Shown: positions 24,781 through 30,539 of the stretch, piece by piece
Layout: every line of letters starts with the position of its first letter
How positions within the stretch are numbered: position 1 is the stretch's first letter
Virus record (IMG/VR): IMGVR_UViG_3300045988_116817
Location: 1 to 30,539 of that record
Length of the DNA: 30,539 nucleotides
Origin: a virus
Strand: one strand, 5' to 3'
Translations under genes and position numbers: made by a program
The notes under the pieces: generated by a model
What the model saw: the letters and a program-made list of their open reading frames with translations, nothing else
Told to the model about the DNA's origin: nothing
Databases searched by the model: none

Positions 24781-24956
24781 AATGGTATCCCATCTACTAT
24801 ATCTTCTTTTACTTCAACTTTAATAATATATTTGCTATCTTCTATTTTAATTTGAATATTTATATCTTCTTCTTGTATTTTCCAAACTCTTTTTAATGTA
24901 TTTATCAAAGTTTTCATATCTGGCATTTCATCAAATATAAATTCATTTAATTTCAT
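24777..24956 (-). CDS. Hypothetical early phage protein, 59 aa (not in ORF track)
   Basis: Hand-translated MKLNEFIFDEMPDMKTLINTLKRVWKIQEEDINIQIKIEDSKYIIKVEVKEDIVDGIPF; overlaps both neighbours. Confidence 0.6.
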   Translation of the reverse strand: MKLNEFIFDEMPDMKTLINTLKRVWKIQEEDINIQIKIEDSKYIIKVEVKEDIVDGIPF

Positions 24957-25180
24957 TCTTCAACCTCTATTCCGTGATCTTCAAGTAACTTTCTTAATGC
25001 CCTGTTTTCTTCTTGTAATTTTTTTATTCTTTTGTATGCTTCTAATCCGTCAAGTATATATTCTAGTTCAACCAGTCTACTTACTCTTTTAGGACTTTTC
25101 TTACCAACTTCCCATAAATCGTCTATTTCCTTTTGTATTCTATTTTTTTCTTCATCATAAAATTCAATTAAATCTTTCAT
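24953..25180 (-). CDS. Hypothetical coiled-coil phage protein
   Basis: 75 aa. Confidence 0.5.
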   Translation of the reverse strand: MKDLIEFYDEEKNRIQKEIDDLWEVGKKSPKRVSRLVELEYILDGLEAYKRIKKLQEENRALRKLLEDHGIEVEE

Positions 25181-25665
25181 ACTTCCATCCTTTCTAATTT
25201 TTGTTGATACTTTTGTACAGAGCCTTTTACAGGTCTAGCAGAAGACCTTTTCAAAGTGTTAGGTCTTCTACCTGCGTTAATCTTTTTAACAGCGTATTTG
25301 TCTGTCATACTTTCTGCTAGCTTTTGTTTTAGTTCCTCTATCTCTTTATCTTTGACTTGAAGTTCAGTATTAAGTTCATTTAGTCTTTTAGTTAATCCTC
25401 CTTTAGCACCTCTAACTTCTTTTAAGAGTTTTTCAGTTTTATATAATTTATTTCTTAATTCATCCACTAGTTCAGTACTTTTTTCAAAATCAAATGTTAG
25501 CTTTTCTATTTGCTTTGTATAATCCATTTCTACTTGAGTTAAATCTTCAATTGCATTGTAAGCTTTTTTAAGTTCGCTTTCTAACTCTCTAATCTTTCCA
25601 TTTAATTTCGTATTTTGTTCTTTCATGTATTCATAATCTTTTTTATAAAATATTTTAATTTTCAC
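25177..25665 (-). CDS. Coiled-coil phage protein
   Basis: 162 aa, almost entirely heptad-like. Confidence 0.55.
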   Translation of the reverse strand: MKIKIFYKKDYEYMKEQNTKLNGKIRELESELKKAYNAIEDLTQVEMDYTKQIEKLTFDFEKSTELVDELRNKLYKTEKLLKEVRGAKGGLTKRLNELNTELQVKDKEIEELKQKLAESMTDKYAVKKINAGRRPNTLKRSSARPVKGSVQKYQQKLERMEV

Positions 25666-25786
25666 TTTCTCTCAACCTCATTTCATCTACATAGTTATCT
25701 GCATCTTCTTCTGTATTTTCTTCTTCCTTTAGTTCCAGATACTCATCGTAACCTGGATAATAACTCTCTAAATCCTTTGTTTCCAT
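25655..25786 (-). CDS. Small acidic protein, 43 aa (not in ORF track)
   Basis: Hand-translated METKDLESYYPGYDEYLELKEEENTEEDADNYVDEMRLRESEN. Confidence 0.5.
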   Translation of the reverse strand: METKDLESYYPGYDEYLELKEEENTEEDADNYVDEMRLRESEN

Positions 25787-25794
25787 ACTAACTC

Positions 25795-26268
25795 CTAGAA
25801 GGGTAAATCATCATCACTAAGTGAAACTTGCTCTCCAAATTCCGCGAATGGGTCTGATGCTGGTTCTTCTTGCTTTTCTTCAACTGGTGTGTATGATGGT
25901 GTTTCAGTACGCACTGTATAATCTGCTTCGGGTATTTTTGAACCTTCACTTGACTTTGTATCTAAGAATTGTACTTTACTAGCTATTACATAAGTTTCAT
26001 AAATCTTAGTTCCATCTTCTTTTTCATAATTTCTTGTTTTTAGTCGACCAGTTACAGCTACTAAACTTCCTTTCTTGCAATACTTAGCTAGATTCTCTGC
26101 TTGTTTCTCATAAATGCAGATTTTTGGAAAGTCTGCTAGTCTTTCTTCTCCATTTTCGTTTTTTCCATTATTTATAGCAATAAATATTGCTGTAGCTGTC
26201 ATACCACTTTCTGTGGTTTTTAATTCAATATCCTTTGTTATTCTTCCTATTAAGTTTACACTATTCAT
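25795..26268 (-). CDS. ssb: Single-stranded DNA-binding protein
   Basis: MNSVNLIGRITKDIELKTTESGMTATAIFIAINN... OB fold and acidic DDDLPF tail. Confidence 0.93.
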   Translation of the reverse strand: MNSVNLIGRITKDIELKTTESGMTATAIFIAINNGKNENGEERLADFPKICIYEKQAENLAKYCKKGSLVAVTGRLKTRNYEKEDGTKIYETYVIASKVQFLDTKSSEGSKIPEADYTVRTETPSYTPVEEKQEEPASDPFAEFGEQVSLSDDDLPF

Positions 26269-26278
26269 AATCTTTCTC

Positions 26279-26623
26279 CTATTCTTCCACAACTAGCATA
26301 TTTTCTTCTGTAATTACTAGTTTTAAATTTCCTTTCAATTTTAATTTTTTATATATTCTTGAAGTTTCTACAAGCTGGTCTATAGCACGTTTTCTAAAGT
26401 CTTTAGCACATCTTATAAGTATCTCTTCGTTTGTTGTTGCTATGTAACCTTTGCTTGAATGAGCTATAAACTTACTTGCTTTATCTTCATAATAAAGTGC
26501 GTTATTTGCTTTAACGGCGTGTCTAAATGTTCTTTCGTTCATTTCAATGCCGTTTTCTTTAAGTTCTTTTAACAGAACATCTTTTGTTTTCCATTCCCCC
26601 ATATCACACAACTCATATAACAT
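26279..26623 (-). CDS. HTH-containing phage protein
   Basis: WKTKDVLLKELKENGIEMNERTFRHAVKANN. Confidence 0.45.
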   Translation of the reverse strand: MLYELCDMGEWKTKDVLLKELKENGIEMNERTFRHAVKANNALYYEDKASKFIAHSSKGYIATTNEEILIRCAKDFRKRAIDQLVETSRIYKKLKLKGNLKLVITEENMLVVEE

Positions 26624-26626
26624 TTT

Positions 26627-27085
26627 TTACCTACCTTCCAAATATTTTAATAATTCTATTTCTTGTGGTGTCATAGTACTAATTCCACACTCGTGACACT
26701 CACTAATTAGTCCATCCAATAATCCCCTAAATTCACTCTTATTCATATCACTAGACCTTTTATACACCAAGTAACTTTTAAATGTATTACCGCCATTTTT
26801 ATATGTAGTTTGCAAGTCGTAATATGAAAAGTAATCATTGATGTTAACTTGAGATAACATACTCAGATAATCGCGTGGTGCATATCTTTTAATTAGCTCA
26901 GTATGAAGTTCATCTTTACTTGTATTTAACTTGCTTGCTAATTCAGTTACTAGAACCCAGTAATAAGAATTCATACTTTTAGTTCTCTTTTCACTAAATG
27001 GCTCTATCTTAACATCGTACACTTTGTCTTGGTCTAGATTAGATACTTCAATTAGTAACTTGTTCTTCTTGAATAGTCCTTTCAT
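26627..27085 (-). CDS. NinB/recombination-like phage protein
   Basis: KSMNSYYWVLVTELASKLNTSKDELHTELIKRY... and CHECGISTMTPQEIELL, as in phage NinB-like proteins. Confidence 0.55.
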   Translation of the reverse strand: MKGLFKKNKLLIEVSNLDQDKVYDVKIEPFSEKRTKSMNSYYWVLVTELASKLNTSKDELHTELIKRYAPRDYLSMLSQVNINDYFSYYDLQTTYKNGGNTFKSYLVYKRSSDMNKSEFRGLLDGLISECHECGISTMTPQEIELLKYLEGR

Positions 27086-27672
27086 TCTCCCTCCATATAC
27101 TTTTTAACGAGTTCTAAAGCAATTTGTTCATTTATTGGTAAATCTACATACTTTCTTACATTTTCTCTTAAATGAAGTCCTTTAAGTGCTTTGATTTCAA
27201 TACCGTAGCATTGCTGATAACCAATTCTGTATAAGTTAAGTTGATATGCTAAATATTCTTTATCAAGCACTGATGTTCTTTTAATGTCGCCAAGTGCAGT
27301 ATCTCCATTTTCAAGTTTTAGTACTAGGTCTAATCTGCCAGCTGCTATTGGTTCTTCATTTTGAAATAATATAATCGGTACTTCGTTGTCTAAGCATTCA
27401 AAATTGTAATGTTTTTTTAAGAATTTGTAATTCTTCAATTCTGGAATATTAATATCAATTCCTAACTTCTCAAAGTTCTCAATACTTTCGTGAACTTCAG
27501 TTCCTTTTTTGGCTGCGTTATCTAATACTTCTTTTGATATGCCATTGTATTTATTCCCGAATTTAACTTTCAGTATCTGTGTGATACTGGGAACACACAC
27601 GCCATCAACCAAATACTGGTGTAATTCATCTATGTACTCAAGTGTGTGTTCTTTTATTTCCCACGTATTCAT
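27082..27672 (-). CDS. PD-(D/E)XK nuclease (RecB/Cas4-type exonuclease)
   Basis: HESIENFEKLG, AAGRLDLVLKLENGDTALGDIKRT, YQLNLYRIGYQ. Confidence 0.7.
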   Translation of the reverse strand: MNTWEIKEHTLEYIDELHQYLVDGVCVPSITQILKVKFGNKYNGISKEVLDNAAKKGTEVHESIENFEKLGIDINIPELKNYKFLKKHYNFECLDNEVPIILFQNEEPIAAGRLDLVLKLENGDTALGDIKRTSVLDKEYLAYQLNLYRIGYQQCYGIEIKALKGLHLRENVRKYVDLPINEQIALELVKKYMEGE

Positions 27673-27983
27673 TATTTAACCTTAACTCTGATAGAACTTT
27701 TTACCGGAGAAAATTTAACATATTCATCATATAAATCTGGATTATCTTCTCTAAATCTTTTACTATCGAATGTTTCTCTTTCAGCTGGTGCTATGTAGGT
27801 TACAGTTAAACTATCTGTTTCTAACTTAAGAATATTTTTGCTTTCCATTTCACTTAAAATGCTTTGTTTTAATTCCTCTTCTTTTTCCTTTATTTCTTTT
27901 AGTGCTTTTTCAAATTTGGCTATATTCTTTGATACTTCAGCATTAAGTATTCCTATTCCGTTTTCAATTTTAATTAGTTCCAT
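27672..27983 (-). CDS. Small phage protein of the recombination module
   Basis: 103 aa; IKEKEEELKQSILSEMESKNILKLETDSLTVTYIAPAERETFDSKRFREDNPDLYDEYVK. Confidence 0.6.
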   Translation of the reverse strand: MELIKIENGIGILNAEVSKNIAKFEKALKEIKEKEEELKQSILSEMESKNILKLETDSLTVTYIAPAERETFDSKRFREDNPDLYDEYVKFSPVKSSIRVKVK

Positions 27984-28737
27984 TTTCTTTTTCCTTTCTC
28001 TTTTCGTTAACTTTCTTAATTATTTCACTTGCTTTAATCATTGACATATCTTGTAATTTTTCAAGGCCATTAGCTTTTAATAATTTCTCTAAGTTTTCGC
28101 CTGCGTAAATTTTTACAATTTCTTTTATTTGAGCTGGTGTAATTTTTATATCAGTTTCTGTAGTTTTATTCTCTATCTTTTTAGCAGTTTCCTTAACTCC
28201 CTCATCTTCAGTTCTTTTTAAAAATTCGTCACTTTCGCTATCGCTGTATATTCCTGAATAAGCTATCTTGCTATTTTTTAAAATTACCCTATCCATACAT
28301 CTTTTTAAAGCCATAGCGTAAGGATAATCATTTTTACAATTACTTTTACTTACTTCTCCTACTTCATAAATTCCTTGTTCGGGACAATTGTAAGCAAATA
28401 CCAATGAGTTGTTAAAACCATCTTTGTCTATAGTCACACACTCAGGTTTAAATTTTAATTTTTCTTCTAATACATCATTTACTTTTAAACAACCATCATG
28501 ACTTATAATTAATCCACTGTACATTGCTTTAGTTTTGTTAGCATAAGTGTTAACTAATATCCAAAAGTCACTTGCTTTAAGTATTCCTTTGAATTTAGAG
28601 CTTTCTAATAATTCAACAGCTTTGCTTTTTGCTTCTTTGTATTTTGCTGTATAAAATGCAACTGGTATTTTTTGACCGTTTATATTTTCTGTTTCTTTTT
28701 CGCCAAAATCATACTTATCATTTTCTTTTGTTTCCAT
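27970..28737 (-). CDS. Putative ssDNA annealing protein (Sak/Rad52-like)
   Basis: KNDYPYAMALKRCMDRVILKNSKIAYSGIYSDSESDEF and position next to nuclease and SSB. Confidence 0.5.
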   Translation of the reverse strand: METKENDKYDFGEKETENINGQKIPVAFYTAKYKEAKSKAVELLESSKFKGILKASDFWILVNTYANKTKAMYSGLIISHDGCLKVNDVLEEKLKFKPECVTIDKDGFNNSLVFAYNCPEQGIYEVGEVSKSNCKNDYPYAMALKRCMDRVILKNSKIAYSGIYSDSESDEFLKRTEDEGVKETAKKIENKTTETDIKITPAQIKEIVKIYAGENLEKLLKANGLEKLQDMSMIKASEIIKKVNEKRKEKENGTN

Positions 28738-29091
28738 TTACTCCTCCATAAACTTTTTAATGCTGTTTAATAAGTCATTTATTTTCTTTTCAAATTCTTT
28801 ATCTTTCTTCATTTCTTTTTCAAAACTTGCAAATTCTATACCGTGCTTTATCGCGTTTACTAACTCGTTTTCTGTCATAACTTTATCGTTAAATAATCTA
28901 ATTGCTAGCATTCCAATTAATGCTTCTATGTTGTCCTTATTTCCAAATACAAAGCATTCTTTCTCGTTTATCAATATGATGCCTTTTCTTGTACTTTCTA
29001 AAGATTTTAAAAATCTGTTTTTATTAATTTGAATTTGTTTTTGCAATTCCTTAACATAATTTTCTTTGTTTGTTTCAATTTCCTTTTTCAT
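28738..29091 (-). CDS. Hypothetical phage protein
   Basis: 117 aa. Confidence 0.45.
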   Translation of the reverse strand: MKKEIETNKENYVKELQKQIQINKNRFLKSLESTRKGIILINEKECFVFGNKDNIEALIGMLAIRLFNDKVMTENELVNAIKHGIEFASFEKEMKKDKEFEKKINDLLNSIKKFMEE

Positions 29092-29101
29092 TTTTTATCT
29101 C

Positions 29102-29665
29102 CTATCTTTCTTCTATATTTTTCTTTGCCCACCATTCGCACACGTCAATCGGAATTCTCGTTCCAGGATTTTCCTTTGCGTAAAATGAGTTTAATATTGC
29201 TATCTTTTCTGTACCTGTTACCACTTTTAACAAAACCTTTAAGAACTTATCGTAAGTTAGCTGAAAGTCTTCTTCTTTCATAGTCATTAAGTCTTCGTAT
29301 TTTTCTTTCGTGAATTCTTTGTTGAAATACATTTCAGTTCTTGATTTGATGTAATCTACACTTCTATGTCTCGCTTCATGTAAGTTCATAGCTTCATGAT
29401 AAAATATTCTTCCGCACCAACCGCACTTTTCAGTGATTATTCTTTTCTTGGTTTCTTCCTTAGGTTCGTAAATAAAAATTTCTAATTTTGGTGGTATTGT
29501 TTTGTAGCCATTCTTTCTATGTTCTTCGTATTTTAATTCTGCTACTTCTTTTTTGATTTTCATTAGTTGGTCATGCCACACCTGATATTCGTCTGCTGAT
29601 AAATCAAACTTTGGATAATCTTTTCTAATTTGCTGAATAAACAACATCACTTCATCATTTGTCAT
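29102..29665 (-). CDS. Zinc-finger-containing phage protein, replication module
   Basis: CGWCGRIFYHEAMNLHEARH; adjacent to the initiator. Confidence 0.45.
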   Translation of the reverse strand: MTNDEVMLFIQQIRKDYPKFDLSADEYQVWHDQLMKIKKEVAELKYEEHRKNGYKTIPPKLEIFIYEPKEETKKRIITEKCGWCGRIFYHEAMNLHEARHRSVDYIKSRTEMYFNKEFTKEKYEDLMTMKEEDFQLTYDKFLKVLLKVVTGTEKIAILNSFYAKENPGTRIPIDVCEWWAKKNIEER

Positions 29666-30312
29666 TTAATATCCTCCCATCGTTTTTGGTTCAAGAACGT
29701 TGATGGGTAAGGAATGTATTGTTCATCTTTCCATTGACTATCATTTTTGAAGAATGCTATAGCTAGTAGTATTTGCTTTTGTTCTTCTTCTGTTGGTTTG
29801 TTTTTCAAATACCATTTCAAACAATTTTCTTTGCTACGTTTCTTTGGATATGCCTTCCAAAATTCTTCAAATTGCGCAATAGATATATTATTTCTTTCAT
29901 TCTTTACATTCTTTTCATTCTTGTTAGTGTTCACTTGTTGTTCATTTGTTGTTCGTTTGTTGTTCACTTGTTGTTCAAGTTGCTGTTCATTTTGCTGGTA
30001 CAACTCCCAATTTAGTATTGTAATCAGGCGATTTTTGGAACTTGTTTGTTGTTCAATTTGTTGTTCGTTTTTTAGCATTTTCAAAGTTCGTTCTACTTTG
30101 CTTTCATCAATCTTTAGTTTCGTTGCTATAGCTTTTCTGCCTGTTATGAGTTGCCCAGGTTCAAGTGTTATCTTTTTGGAATTAAACAATACATCAACTT
30201 TTTTATGAGTAGCATTTAAAAGTAAATATATCCATATTCCTAATGTTTCAACATCCTTACAAACTATAGGATTATCTAATAGTTTTCTATATAACTTAAT
30301 ATATCCATCCAT
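29662..30312 (-). CDS. Replication initiator-like protein (winged helix N-terminus, Q/N-rich linker)
   Basis: MDGYIKLYRKLLDNPIVCKDVETLGIWIYLLLNATHKK...LEPGQLITGRKAIATKLKIDESKVERTLKML, FEEFWKAYPKK motif. Confidence 0.7.
   Translation of the reverse strand: MDGYIKLYRKLLDNPIVCKDVETLGIWIYLLLNATHKKVDVLFNSKKITLEPGQLITGRKAIATKLKIDESKVERTLKMLKNEQQIEQQTSSKNRLITILNWELYQQNEQQLEQQVNNKRTTNEQQVNTNKNEKNVKNERNNISIAQFEEFWKAYPKKRSKENCLKWYLKNKPTEEEQKQILLAIAFFKNDSQWKDEQYIPYPSTFLNQKRWEDIK
29929..30073 (+). repeat. 11-bp iteron-like array, candidate phage replication origin
   Basis: GTTCACTTGTT, GTTCATTTGTT, GTTCGTTTGTT, GTTCACTTGTT (29929-29972), then GTTCAAGTTGCT, GTTCATTTTGCT, and a second cluster at 30051-30073. 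Confidence 0.55.
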
Positions 30313-30416
30313 TTGTCTGTTCCTTTCCCTAGTTTTTTAACCAATACCCCATTTGATTTTTCTCTATAAATTTGATATAATGTTTTATAGAAAGATTTGT
30401 ACAGGTCTTTCTTTTT

Positions 30417-30539
30417 TTATGCTATAAAACTACTTGCTACAAGACTTACAACTGCTACTATTCCTATCAATTTCCATGCTTTAATGTGCTCTTGCAATTG
30501 TTCTTCGCTATCAAAGAAATAGTCTATTATCTTATTCAT
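30417..30539 (-). CDS. Small membrane protein, 40 aa (not in ORF track)
   Basis: Hand-translated MNKIIDYFFDSEEQLQEHIKAWKLIGIVAVVSLVASSFIA; ATG lies at the window edge. Confidence 0.55.
   Translation of the reverse strand: MNKIIDYFFDSEEQLQEHIKAWKLIGIVAVVSLVASSFIA

Noticed and set aside
1-30539. CRISPR array, IS element, integrase, DGR or reverse transcriptase
   Set aside because: No regularly spaced direct repeats with unique spacers, and no matching transposase/recombinase/RT motifs in any ORF.

Overview
The window holds most of a temperate siphophage genome (prophage) from a low-GC, probably spore-forming Clostridia-type host. Nearly all genes are on the minus strand. From high to low coordinates the minus-strand order is: small membrane protein, replication initiator, Sak/Rad52-like annealing protein, PD-(D/E)XK nuclease, NinB-like protein, SSB, many small early ORFs, ArpU-like late regulator, a 490-nt non-coding block, a degenerate tRNA, TerS, TerL, portal, MuF-type minor capsid protein fused to a CdiA-CT-like nuclease, scaffold, major capsid, connectors, tail tube, tail chaperones, tape measure, tail tip, DUF859-like protein, five small tail-associated paralogs, holin region and CHAP endolysin. 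No integrase or repressor is visible. The left edge looks like a host/prophage junction: bases 2-95 read as the N-terminus of a CotJC/Mn-catalase-like spore protein. The most interesting signals are non-coding: (1) a roughly 310-nt plus-strand RNA (641-953) with promoter, terminator and a near-continuous 28-bp end-closing helix; (2) a roughly 490-nt minus-strand ornate RNA candidate (21372-21858) next to an atypical class-I tRNA with a Leu-type CAG anticodon, resembling the setting of ROOL/GOLLD RNAs; (3) a capsid-toxin fusion whose downstream gap has no immunity ORF but has a candidate plus-strand small RNA and a structured scaffold leader; (4) repeated G9/G10 tracts plus GNRA hairpins between tail paralogs; (5) an out-of-frame tape measure start; (6) 11-bp iterons inside the initiator gene. 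All calls come from reading the sequence; no homology search, folding software or covariance test was run.
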